A stretch of 64,000 bases of DNA from an uncultured archaeon (lineage in GTDB: Archaea > Micrarchaeota > Micrarchaeia > Micrarchaeales > CABMGC01). A program made the position numbers and the translations under genes. Positions 8,511 through 17,273 of this stretch are shown one piece after another; position 1 is the first letter of the stretch; each line of letters opens with the position of its first letter. Where the stretch lies: the NCBI GenBank assembly GCA_963787445.1, contig CAWBCT010000005.1:416001-480000 (forward strand), written 5' to 3'. The notes beneath the pieces were generated by a model. It saw only the letters and a list, made by a program, of their open reading frames with translations. It was not told the origin of the DNA and did not search any database.

Positions 8511-9665
8511 ATGCTCGAACTACGTTATGTATCACGCAACAACCTCTACGCCGAGGACCAGTCAACCAGGGACCTGCTGAAGAAGGGTTTCTTCGGAAAG
8601 CAGGAAGGCGGAAAGCTGAAGCTTAGCATAGACGAGGCCCTGTACCTCATGGACGTGAGGAACGCAAGGTGCCTGGGCAAGGATGGCGAGGTCTCTTTCA
8701 GCGACCTCTCCTCAAAGTTCGCAAACGGGACCAAGTTCATGGCGCGCTACTTCACCTACAGGGACTGGCGGGAGCGAGGCCTTGTCATAAAGGAACCGGA
8801 ATTCGCAGAAGGGGAAGCAGCAAAGCACACAACAAAGTCCTATCCTGCAGGGAAACTGCGGCTTCCGGACTATAAGCTGCACGGCACGTTCTTCAAATCC
8901 GACCTCACCTGCATAATGGAGGAAAGCGAGCACGGGAAGGAGCTGTATGAAAAGTTCTGGCTGGGACAGTACGGCTCTTACAAAGCCGCAGAACGCGGGC
9001 AACTGAACAAGCTCGATGTTTATGAAACCCTCTTCCTATTGGACAAGGGTCTGCTCACGCTAAAAGGGACCACGCGAAAAGCAGTAATCAAAGCAGCAAC
9101 ATCGAGACGCAAGGACTTTCTCAAATTATACGAAGTCTACAGGGACTGGCGCGAAAAGGGGTTCGTAATAAAAACCGGATTCAAGTTCGGCACAAACTTC
9201 CGCGTGTATTTCCCAGGAGCAAGGCCGATAAAAGATGACAACGACTGGGTGCACTCCAAGCACGTCATCCACGTCTTTCCAAAAGAGTCCAAGCTCCTGA
9301 TCTCGGAATGGGCGCGGGCGATACGGGTCGCTCACTCGGTGCGGAAGACCTTCATACTCGCCGTGCCCGGAAATGTGCCGGAGAAGAAAATGAAGGTTGA
9401 TTTCATATTATACCATAGGAGGGGCGGCGAGTCCGAGAATCCCGATAATACCCCGCCGCGCTATGCTATGCTCTCACTCAGCGAGGAGGAGTACATAGGA
9501 GGCAAGGAGTTTGCCGGAGCGATAAAGGAAGCGAAAAGCATGAAACTCGACCTCATTCTTGCAATTGCGGACAGGGAGACGGCCGTGACCTACTACAAGG
9601 TGAGGCAGATAAAACTGCCAGGCAGCGCCTCAGACTACTACGAGATAGACTGGATGCAGCCCTGA
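8511..9665 (+). CDS. endA: tRNA splicing endonuclease, multi-unit (likely ARMAN-type epsilon2)
   Basis: Two repeats of LS..EALYL/YRDWRE.G.VIK units; catalytic unit KTGFKFG..FRVY, HSKHVI, RVAHSVRK; additional C-terminal structural unit; 384 aa. Confidence 0.9.
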   Translation: MLELRYVSRNNLYAEDQSTRDLLKKGFFGKQEGGKLKLSIDEALYLMDVRNARCLGKDGEVSFSDLSSKFANGTKFMARYFTYRDWRERGLVIKEPEFAEGEAAKHTTKSYPAGKLRLPDYKLHGTFFKSDLTCIMEESEHGKELYEKFWLGQYGSYKAAERGQLNKLDVYETLFLLDKGLLTLKGTTRKAVIKAATSRRKDFLKLYEVYRDWREKGFVIKTGFKFGTNFRVYFPGARPIKDDNDWVHSKHVIHVFPKESKLLISEWARAIRVAHSVRKTFILAVPGNVPEKKMKVDFILYHRRGGESENPDNTPPRYAMLSLSEEEYIGGKEFAGAIKEAKSMKLDLILAIADRETAVTYYKVRQIKLPGSASDYYEIDWMQP

Positions 9666-9709
9666 CCTCCCCTAACAACCTTTATAATAATTAGATACGA
9701 CAGGGATAC

Positions 9710-10603
9710 ATGCGCCAAGAAAATCCACAACCCCGGCTCCAGTCCGCAATGGAGTACCTGATGACCTATGGCTGGACCATACTTATCATCGCAATAGCCC
9801 TCGCAGCGCTATCCACGATTGGAATATTCAACAGCAACTATTTTGCACCGAAGGCGCAGCCCGGCAGCTGCAAGGTTTACAGGCCCATCGGGGCCGGCAG
9901 CACAGCTGGCATTAGTCTGGAAGGTGTCTGCGGTGGAGAACTGCCGCAGTATACGGCACAGTTCAACGGCCAGAACAGCTACATTGGCGTGGGGAACCCA
10001 TCGGCATTACAGCTTCAGTACTTCACTGCGGTTGCGTGGGTTAATATGCCTATAAATTCGGGCAACGGTTTCGCATTTAGTCATGCGCCAATTGGGAGTA
10101 GCGGTTGGGGGATGGGGGTGGGGGCTGGGTCTGTTGGTTTTGATAATGCATGGGTGGCCACCGTCACAACAGCGTCAATTCCCAATGATGGAAATTGGCA
10201 TCAGGTAGGCATTTTTAGAGCTAGCAACAACACCGCTGGTATTATTATTGATGGCAAAATTGTTGGAACAACGACCTACAGCACAACTTTTGGATTTGGT
10301 AATTTTTATATTGGCGACAGAGGCGGCCCGAGTGGCACTTTAGGAAACCCGCCGGGAAACTTTCCGGCACCTTTTAATGGCACAATGGCAAACCTCCAAG
10401 TCTACAACACCGTACTAGCCGCAAACAGTGTCCAGAATCTATATCAGGAAGGTATCGGCGGCGCCCCAATAAACATTCTGAACCTGGTGGCCTGGTGGCC
10501 CCTCAACGGCAATACAACTGATTACTCGGGGAACGGTAACAACGGCGTTCCAGCGAACATTGTGTTCACGGGTTCCTGGACCAACGGATACACAGCCCCT
10601 TAG
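9710..10603 (+). CDS. Class III signal peptide (pilin-like) protein with LamG/concanavalin-like domain
   Basis: RLQSAMEYLMTYGW plus hydrophobic helix; AQFNG..SY, WHQV, F.G...NLQVYN, WWPLNGNT.D.SGNGN. Confidence 0.85.
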   Translation: MRQENPQPRLQSAMEYLMTYGWTILIIAIALAALSTIGIFNSNYFAPKAQPGSCKVYRPIGAGSTAGISLEGVCGGELPQYTAQFNGQNSYIGVGNPSALQLQYFTAVAWVNMPINSGNGFAFSHAPIGSSGWGMGVGAGSVGFDNAWVATVTTASIPNDGNWHQVGIFRASNNTAGIIIDGKIVGTTTYSTTFGFGNFYIGDRGGPSGTLGNPPGNFPAPFNGTMANLQVYNTVLAANSVQNLYQEGIGGAPINILNLVAWWPLNGNTTDYSGNGNNGVPANIVFTGSWTNGYTAP

Positions 10604-10624
10604 GAGGATAAATCGACCGGCCCT

Positions 10625-11740
10625 TTAGATGGCGGATACCTGGGTGTAAATTACATTGGTCGGCACACCACTATTTCCATTACCGCTGTTATCCCTCGTA
10701 TTTCCATTCAAGGGCCACCACCCAACAAGATTCTGTGAACTGATTGGCACACCTCCGATACCCTCCTGGTATAAATTCTGGACGCTGTTTGTGCTAAGTG
10801 CGGTATTGTAGATCTGGACATTGGAGATGGAACCCTGGAAATAATAACCATTTCCCCCAATGAATTCCGTATTTGAGCTTGTTTCTATGGGGTTCGAGTC
10901 GCTACAAGTCCCTTGAAGTGCTCCATTGACATAGAAGACTCCGCCGGATAAAGTATTATAGGTATAAGTCAACATATACCATGTGTTGGCCGAGAATGGA
11001 GAAGATGCGGTAACAATGCAACTGCCAGAAGCGGAATCAGTAATATATCCTCTGAACTTATTTCCAGATGGTGATTCGTCTATTTTATAAGAATTGTCTA
11101 CAGAAGCAACCTTCTTTACTATTGTTGCATAGATTGACCCAGAAGAGGCGGGAAAGACCCATACAGAAATAGCAATATTAGATGTGGGATTCAAGACGGA
11201 ACTATAAGGCAGTGTGACGTAGCTGCTCACGCCGTTGAACTGTGCTACGATCAGTGTGCTTGGAATTGGGGTGTCTGTGACCGGCTTAACAATAACACTG
11301 CCCTGGGCGTACTCCTGGGCGCCGCTTATGGCGTTTGTGTACTTAATGGCCAGGTTCCCTTCAAATGGCGATTCTGAGTAGTCGGAGAATGCGCTGCCGC
11401 TGGAGGTGTAGCACTGGATTGTTGCAGAGAAGCTGGAACCGTCGGGGATGTATCCCTGTGAAGGGGCCTGGAATATCATGTTTGACACGTTCTGAGAGCA
11501 CCCTATTCCGGTCACGTAAATGGGTGAGGTACCCGTCCACGTAATCTTGACCTGAAGATAGCCGCTGGTGTTCATGAGGTAGCTTGTACAGCTAAATTCA
11601 CTCTGTAGCACGCACTGGGATCCAGCTGCGCCTTGCGGATTGAAGACTCCCAGCTCGTAGAATGCGCCGATCAGCACGGCCAAAATGAGAATCGCCCAGC
11701 CGTAGGCTGTTAGATATTCAACAGCATTCTGCAGCTTCAT
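10625..11740 (-). CDS. Class III signal peptide (pilin-like) protein with pilin domain and LamG domain
   Basis: KLQNAVEYLTAYGW; Cys-containing pilin-like domain; C-terminal LamG with WWPLNGNT.D.SGNGN. ATG 11740 preferred. Confidence 0.85.
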   Translation of the reverse strand: MKLQNAVEYLTAYGWAILILAVLIGAFYELGVFNPQGAAGSQCVLQSEFSCTSYLMNTSGYLQVKITWTGTSPIYVTGIGCSQNVSNMIFQAPSQGYIPDGSSFSATIQCYTSSGSAFSDYSESPFEGNLAIKYTNAISGAQEYAQGSVIVKPVTDTPIPSTLIVAQFNGVSSYVTLPYSSVLNPTSNIAISVWVFPASSGSIYATIVKKVASVDNSYKIDESPSGNKFRGYITDSASGSCIVTASSPFSANTWYMLTYTYNTLSGGVFYVNGALQGTCSDSNPIETSSNTEFIGGNGYYFQGSISNVQIYNTALSTNSVQNLYQEGIGGVPISSQNLVGWWPLNGNTRDNSGNGNSGVPTNVIYTQVSAI

Positions 11741-11865
11741 CAAGACCCCTCTTTGTAATATAAAATGGCAGTTATTAAAATACACCACATTCCAGCGCTA
11801 CGCTTTTTGGACGTGTTTCTGCCAAGTATTTTAGAGCTATGCCGCAAATGTCTAGTGGAGGTCTG

Positions 11866-12939
11866 ATGGCAGTAGACATTGACAGCTATATACGAGAGCG
11901 TGCCAAGGATGTGGACGCCCAGCTACTGTTGCAGATAGACAAGGTTTCATCAGACGCGTTTCTGGAGAGGCTTCTGGGGAAAGCCCGTTACAAGTACAAC
12001 ATCGAGGCCCCTGAGAAGAGCATACTCGACCCTACCTGGTACTTCCTGGGTCTTGGCGGCAAGCGCTGGAGGCCGGTCCTGATGCTTCTTTTCATCGAAG
12101 CGCTTGGAAAGAACCCGGAGGAATACATAGAGTTTTCAACAATTCCAGAGATAATCCACAACTCCACGTTAATACACGATGATCTTGAGGACAACTCACT
12201 CACCAGAAGAGGATCACCAGCAATACATGTGAAGTACGGCGTCGATGTCGCAACAAACCTCGGCGACTTCCTCTTCTTCTTCCCAATGCACATACTCATG
12301 AACAGCAAGAAGCTCTCATCCTCAATGAAGAACAAGGCCTTCAACTACTACCTGCAGGAGATGACCCGCGTAACCATTGGCCAGGCAACCGACATCGCAT
12401 GGCACGCGGGCATGGTTGACGGTAGCAAGATAACCGAGAAGGAGTATCTGCAAATGACAAACGACAAGACCGGCGTGCTCGCTCAGTTCGCGTGCAAGCT
12501 TGCAGGAGTACTGGCAGGCGCAAACAAGAGCACGATAAAGAAGATCGGAAGGTTTGGGGCAAGCATAGGGATCGCCTTCCAGATACAGGACGATCTGCTC
12601 AACATCTACGAAAGCAAGGTCTCCCAGAGCAAGGGCGGGATAGGGGACGACATCTCTGAAGGGAAGATAACCCTGATGGTCATACACGCGTTCAAGAAGG
12701 CGAACGAGACGGACAGGAAACGCCTCCTTGAGATCCTCTCAATGCACACCAAGGACCAGGCACTGATACGGGAGGCAATAGCGATCATAGACAAGTCGGG
12801 CGCCAAGGCCTACTCGGAGGAGGTGGCCCGGAAGATAATAACAGACGCCTGGGACGCTCTCGACCCGATCCTACCTCCCTCCGATGCAAAGGACAAGCTC
12901 AAGGCGTTCGCGGATTTTTCAGTAAGCCGCTCAAGATAG
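11866..12939 (+). CDS. idsA: Polyprenyl diphosphate (GGPP) synthase
   Basis: GGKRWRP, LIHDDLED...RRG, GQATD, KTG, FQIQDD.L, DDISEGK. Confidence 0.92.
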   Translation: MAVDIDSYIRERAKDVDAQLLLQIDKVSSDAFLERLLGKARYKYNIEAPEKSILDPTWYFLGLGGKRWRPVLMLLFIEALGKNPEEYIEFSTIPEIIHNSTLIHDDLEDNSLTRRGSPAIHVKYGVDVATNLGDFLFFFPMHILMNSKKLSSSMKNKAFNYYLQEMTRVTIGQATDIAWHAGMVDGSKITEKEYLQMTNDKTGVLAQFACKLAGVLAGANKSTIKKIGRFGASIGIAFQIQDDLLNIYESKVSQSKGGIGDDISEGKITLMVIHAFKKANETDRKRLLEILSMHTKDQALIREAIAIIDKSGAKAYSEEVARKIITDAWDALDPILPPSDAKDKLKAFADFSVSRSR

Positions 12940-12949
12940 GGGCTTTCCA

Positions 12950-13024
12950 TGGGCCCGGTGAGATTTGAACTCACGACATCTGGCTTATAAGACCAGCGCT
13001 CTGACCAGGCTGAGCTACGAGCCC
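12950..13024 (-). tRNA. tRNA-Ile(UAU)
   Basis: Reverse complement GGGCTCGTAGCTCAGCCTGGTCAGAGCG-CTGGT-CTTATAA-GCCAG-ATGTCGTGAGTTCAAATCTCACCGGGCCCA; anticodon TAT. Confidence 0.93.
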
Positions 13025-13099
13025 ATGTGAATAGAATTAAGCCGCAATAAGATAGATATACGTTATTGTCCCATTATTATCTATATACTTTTTGTAAGT

Positions 13100-14416
13100 G
13101 TGAAAATGGATCTGGGAGAAGGACTGCGCAAGGCCATAGCAAAGCTACAGGGCGCCACAATCATCGACGCCAAAGTCATACACGAGTTCAACAAGGAGCT
13201 GCAGCGGGCGCTCATAAGCGCCGATGTCGAGCTTAGCCTAGTCTCCCTGCTTACGAAGAAGATCGAAGACGCCGCACTCAAGGAGAAGATCCCGGACGGA
13301 GTCAGCCCGAAGGACTACATAACCAACATGGTCTACGAGGAGCTCGTCAGGCTGATGGGCAAGAGCTACGAGCCCGAGCTGAAGCCAAAGAGGATACTTC
13401 TGGTGGGAATGTACGGCGCAGGAAAGACAACGGCCACTGGGAAACTATCCAAATTCTACCAGGACAGGGGGTTCAGCGTAGGAGTGATCTGCTGCGACGT
13501 CTCAAGGCCAGCCGCCTATGAACAGCTGGAGACCCTTGCAAAGCAGACGAACGCCTCGTTCTTCGGCCTAAGAAATGAGAAGAACGTAAAAAAGATTGTC
13601 AGCGAGGGCCTTAAGGCACTGAAGGACAGGAAGATAATAATCTGCGACTCCAGCGGAAGGAGCGCTTTCGATGCGCAGCTGGTCCAGGAGCTGAAGGACA
13701 TCTCCAACACCTTCAAGCCGGACGAGAAGATGCTGGTGATAAACGCCGACACCGGGCAGGTCGCCGGGAAGCAGGCGCGAGAGTTTAACGATGCAGTGAA
13801 GATCACGGGCGTAATCGTCACTAAGATGGACGGCTCAGGGAAGGGCGGCGGCGCGTTGAGCGCAGTCAGTGCCGCAAATGTCATGATCACGTTCCTTGGG
13901 GTCGGGGAGAAGATGAACGCGCTAGAGCTTTACAGCGCGGACAAGTTCGTGGGCAGGCTTCTAGGCATACCTGACATAGAATCGCTTGTCAAGAACGTGA
14001 ACCAGGCAATCAAAGAGGCGCAGATCAAGCCAGAAGACCTCAACACCGAGCAGCTCAACTTCGACACTTTCTACACGCAGCTCAAGACGATGTCCAAGAT
14101 GGGACCGATGAAGAACATGCTCGGCATGATGGGGATGTCGGATGTGCCAAAGAACGTCATAGAGGAAGGCGAGGGCAAGCTCAGCAAGTACAAGGTGATA
14201 ATCGGGTCGATGACCCCTAAGGAGAGGCGCAGCGGAGAGTTGGTCAAGGACCACAGCAGGCTATCAAGGATAGCGAAGGGCAGCGGAACATCTGAAAAAG
14301 ATGTGCGCCAGCTGCTAAGCGACTTCAACAAGATGAAGAAGTTCTATGAGATGTTCAAGAACGACAGGGGAATGAAGAAGAACCTGTCAAAGCTAATGGG
14401 TGCAGGAGCCCAATAG
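13100..14416 (+). CDS. srp54: Signal recognition particle protein Srp54
   Basis: GAGKTT, RPAAYEQL, DSSGR, TKMDG..KGGGALS, Met-rich M domain, RIAKGSG. Confidence 0.95.
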   Translation: MKMDLGEGLRKAIAKLQGATIIDAKVIHEFNKELQRALISADVELSLVSLLTKKIEDAALKEKIPDGVSPKDYITNMVYEELVRLMGKSYEPELKPKRILLVGMYGAGKTTATGKLSKFYQDRGFSVGVICCDVSRPAAYEQLETLAKQTNASFFGLRNEKNVKKIVSEGLKALKDRKIIICDSSGRSAFDAQLVQELKDISNTFKPDEKMLVINADTGQVAGKQAREFNDAVKITGVIVTKMDGSGKGGGALSAVSAANVMITFLGVGEKMNALELYSADKFVGRLLGIPDIESLVKNVNQAIKEAQIKPEDLNTEQLNFDTFYTQLKTMSKMGPMKNMLGMMGMSDVPKNVIEEGEGKLSKYKVIIGSMTPKERRSGELVKDHSRLSRIAKGSGTSEKDVRQLLSDFNKMKKFYEMFKNDRGMKKNLSKLMGAGAQ

Positions 14417-14440
14417 GTCATTGGCACAGGTTGATTGCTT

Positions 14441-15544
14441 ATGCAAGGTCTTGAAGAAAAAATGGAGGAGCTCAAGGAGCAGTACAAGAAGACCAAGTAC
14501 AACAAAGCCACCAACAAGTATCTGGGCCAGCTCAGGAAAAAGATCGCCAATATAAAGAAGGAGATAGCCTCGAAGAAGGGCCCCACCGGAACCGGCTTCG
14601 CGGTAAAGAAAAACGGCGATGCAAGCATCGCTCTTGTCGGCTTTCCAAACACCGGCAAATCCTCTTTTCTAGGTGCCGTAACCGACGCAGAGTCGAAGGT
14701 CGCAGCCTACGCCTTCACAACACTGACCGTAGTACCTGGAATGATGGAGTACAAAGGCGCCAACATACAGGTGCTGGACGTTCCCGGCCTGATAGAGGGG
14801 GCGAGCCTGGGCAAGGGCGGAGGGAAGAAGGTGGTGAGCGTTATACGAGTCGCCGATTTCATCGTGTTCATGGTCGACGTAAACAGCCCCTGGCAGCTTT
14901 ACAAGCTTCTGGACGAGCTGTACGCTTTCGACATAAGGGTGAACACAGGACCGCCGCTCATCCGCGTAGAGAAGAAGAAAGCAGGAGGGACAGAGATTGA
15001 GCCAAACGGCCACAAGATTCCCGACAAGCAGAGCATAATTGCGCTCCTGAGCGAGGCTAAGATCTTCAACTCAAACATCGTGTTCTACCAGGACTCGACC
15101 ATAGAGCAGTTCTGCGACATCCTCGACGACTCGATACTCTACATGAATGCGATAGTCCTGCTCAACAAGATAGACACCGTCGACCCGGCCTACACCAAAG
15201 CGGTAAAGGAGGAGCTCCAGAAGACCACCGGGATGTCCGTGACCCCGATAAGTGCAAGCAAGGAGCTGAACCTTGAGGCGGCAAAGGAGGCGATCTTCAA
15301 GAAGCTGGGCCTCATGCGAATCTACCTCAAGCCAAAGGGCGGTGTTGCGGACATGGTGAAGCCGTTCATAGTCAAGAGCCCGTGCACGGTCCTGCAGGTG
15401 GCAAGGTCATTGCACCCCAAGTCAATAAACAAGTTCCGCCACGCATTCATAACCGGCAAGAGCGCGCGCTTTGAGAACCAGAGGGTGGGCAAGGAGCACA
15501 AGCTGTCGGACGAGGACATACTCACCCTCATCTATGACAAATAG
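14441..15544 (+). CDS. DRG/OBG family GTPase with TGS domain
   Basis: KYNKAT, GFPNTGKS, YAFTT, DVPGLIEGA, NKID, C-terminal TGS. Confidence 0.92.
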   Translation: MQGLEEKMEELKEQYKKTKYNKATNKYLGQLRKKIANIKKEIASKKGPTGTGFAVKKNGDASIALVGFPNTGKSSFLGAVTDAESKVAAYAFTTLTVVPGMMEYKGANIQVLDVPGLIEGASLGKGGGKKVVSVIRVADFIVFMVDVNSPWQLYKLLDELYAFDIRVNTGPPLIRVEKKKAGGTEIEPNGHKIPDKQSIIALLSEAKIFNSNIVFYQDSTIEQFCDILDDSILYMNAIVLLNKIDTVDPAYTKAVKEELQKTTGMSVTPISASKELNLEAAKEAIFKKLGLMRIYLKPKGGVADMVKPFIVKSPCTVLQVARSLHPKSINKFRHAFITGKSARFENQRVGKEHKLSDEDILTLIYDK

Positions 15545-15573
15545 TTAAATGCCTTCAATAGAAACATGATATT

Positions 15574-16071
15574 ATGAAATACTTCGACATTGCCGGCTAC
15601 AAGGTAGACCCCTCGTTAGCCAAGCGCCTGGGCTACGCAAAGATATTTCCCAACGATGAGATCAGCCTTGAAACCAAGCCGATAAACAGAAAGACGCAGT
15701 ACATACTTTACAGCTCGGATCCGAGCCAGGTCCACCGCGCCCTTAAGGACCCCCTGTGCCTGGGCCTTGCGCTCCATGACAACACTCTTGTCAAGAAGTC
15801 CATCGAGCAGCTTAATGACAATGAAAAATGCCTGTTTTTGATAACCTCCAAGCTGATAGGCTCGGAGAGCGGCTCTTCGCTAAGGTCCTTTGGCCGGGCA
15901 AGGCAGCTTCTTGCCTCTGCAAGAAGGTCAGGTGCAAAGGTGGCGCTTGTGACCATGGCCAACGATGCCGCTGATCTGCTCTCCCCGTTGCAGATGCTCG
16001 GGATCGCAAAGCTTCTTGGGGCCGACGACGAGTACGCCAAGAAGATGCTAAACGCCTGGTGCGATGAATGA
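15574..16071 (+). CDS. Ribonuclease P protein component Rpp30-like (short)
   Basis: C-terminal VTMA....LLSP.Q.. pattern of Rpp30; adjacent to Pop5. Confidence 0.6.
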   Translation: MKYFDIAGYKVDPSLAKRLGYAKIFPNDEISLETKPINRKTQYILYSSDPSQVHRALKDPLCLGLALHDNTLVKKSIEQLNDNEKCLFLITSKLIGSESGSSLRSFGRARQLLASARRSGAKVALVTMANDAADLLSPLQMLGIAKLLGADDEYAKKMLNAWCDE

Positions 16072-16388
16072 TAATGAAACGCAAGCTTAGGTACATACTC
16101 GTCGAGTCGTCTGAGCCTACGGGCGAGGCGGACCACAAGGAGCTCGCCCGGAAACTCGAGGGCCAGCTTGGCCTCTTCGGGCAGCTGGACGCCAATCCCA
16201 GGGTCCTGAAGCAGTTTGACGCCACCCACTTCGCCATAAGGGTCAACAGGGGCGCTGAAGGGAACGTCGTCCTGGCGCTCTGCTTCCTGAAGAGCCTCTC
16301 GGGCAGGAGGATAGGCCTGTACACCCTAAAGACCTCAGGAACCCTCAGGAGCTTCATCCCGTACCTGAGGAAGATAGGCGTCAGATAG
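16068..16388 (+). CDS. rnp2: Ribonuclease P protein component Pop5/Rpp14
   Basis: K.RYI, AIRVNR, TL.TSGTLR motifs. Confidence 0.85.
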   Translation: MIMKRKLRYILVESSEPTGEADHKELARKLEGQLGLFGQLDANPRVLKQFDATHFAIRVNRGAEGNVVLALCFLKSLSGRRIGLYTLKTSGTLRSFIPYLRKIGVR

Positions 16389-16476
16389 GGTTTCTAACAC
16401 AGTGTTAGACTAGGCTTCTGGAAAGGTTAATATATTTTCTGTGACTAAATGTATTGTCTTATTATCGGTGAATGGA

Positions 16477-16845
16477 ATGAACATAAGCGAACTAAAAGCA
16501 GGAGCTACAGGCGTAGAGCTTGAAGCGGACGTGGCAGAGAAGTCAGAGCCTCGTGAAGTGATAACGAAGTACGGCAAGCGCCTGAACGTTGCAAATGCGG
16601 TCCTAAAGGACGACACGGGAAGCATAGCGATCTCCCTTTGGGGCAACGACATAGCGGCTGTCAACGTGGGAGACCATGTTAAGATAACGAACGGATACGT
16701 AAGCGAGTTCCGCGGAAACCCCCAGCTGTCGACAGGCAAGTACGGCAAGATAGAGGTAGTCGGAAAGGGTTCCGGCGCCCCAAGCAAGCCAAAGAAGGCT
16801 GCGGCAGAGGACGAAGAGAGCCTAGAAGACGAAGCTGAGATGTAA
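16477..16845 (+). CDS. Single OB-fold ssDNA-binding protein (SSB/RPA) with acidic tail
   Basis: ISELK, LKDDTGSI..SLW, VGD.VKI.NGYV..F.G..QL; acidic C-terminus. Confidence 0.9.
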   Translation: MNISELKAGATGVELEADVAEKSEPREVITKYGKRLNVANAVLKDDTGSIAISLWGNDIAAVNVGDHVKITNGYVSEFRGNPQLSTGKYGKIEVVGKGSGAPSKPKKAAAEDEESLEDEAEM

Positions 16846-16862
16846 TTTTCTTTTTTGACTGA

Positions 16863-16888
16863 TGTTGTGCCCGTAAAAGGGCATAACA
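16863..16888. terminator. Hairpin between convergent genes, possible terminator
   Basis: TGTTGTGCCC-GTAAAA-GGGCATAACA 10-bp stem; T-tract just upstream, after the SSB stop. Confidence 0.5.
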
Positions 16889-16912
16889 CAAACTATTTTT
16901 ACAGACTTTTAA

Positions 16913-17263
16913 TCAGCAGCGGACGCTTTCGGCCACCGGAGGAAGACCCAGCGCTTCGAGGGTCGCCTCATCTCTCCCGGTTTTGGCAACACTGCGGAGG
17001 GCAGCCTTCAGATAAACCGATAAGGCGACATTGTGGGCCTCTTCAGATCCAAACGCGTCCGAAAGCACGCCCACCAGCGCCTCCCTCACCCGTCGATCTC
17101 CACGTCTAAAAATGTCCAAGATCACCCTGGATGTGCGCTCCGCATCCTCGCGCAACGCCTGCTCCGACCTGGGGCCAGAGCCGATCGCGAGCTCCCTCCT
17201 CAACTTAACCGAAAATTCAGCCACGACGCCTGCCGGTTCCCTTTGCAAAATACGAGCAGCCAT
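16913..17263 (-). CDS. Hypothetical protein
   Basis: 116-aa ATG ORF directly downstream of the beta-CASP gene; no recognised motif. Confidence 0.5.
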   Translation of the reverse strand: MAARILQREPAGVVAEFSVKLRRELAIGSGPRSEQALREDAERTSRVILDIFRRGDRRVREALVGVLSDAFGSEEAHNVALSVYLKAALRSVAKTGRDEATLEALGLPPVAESVRC

Positions 17264-17273
17264 GTTATCCCAA

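Noticed and set aside
9710-11740. Diversity-generating retroelement explanation for LamG variation
   Set aside because: No reverse transcriptase, and no template/variable repeat pair differing specifically at adenines.
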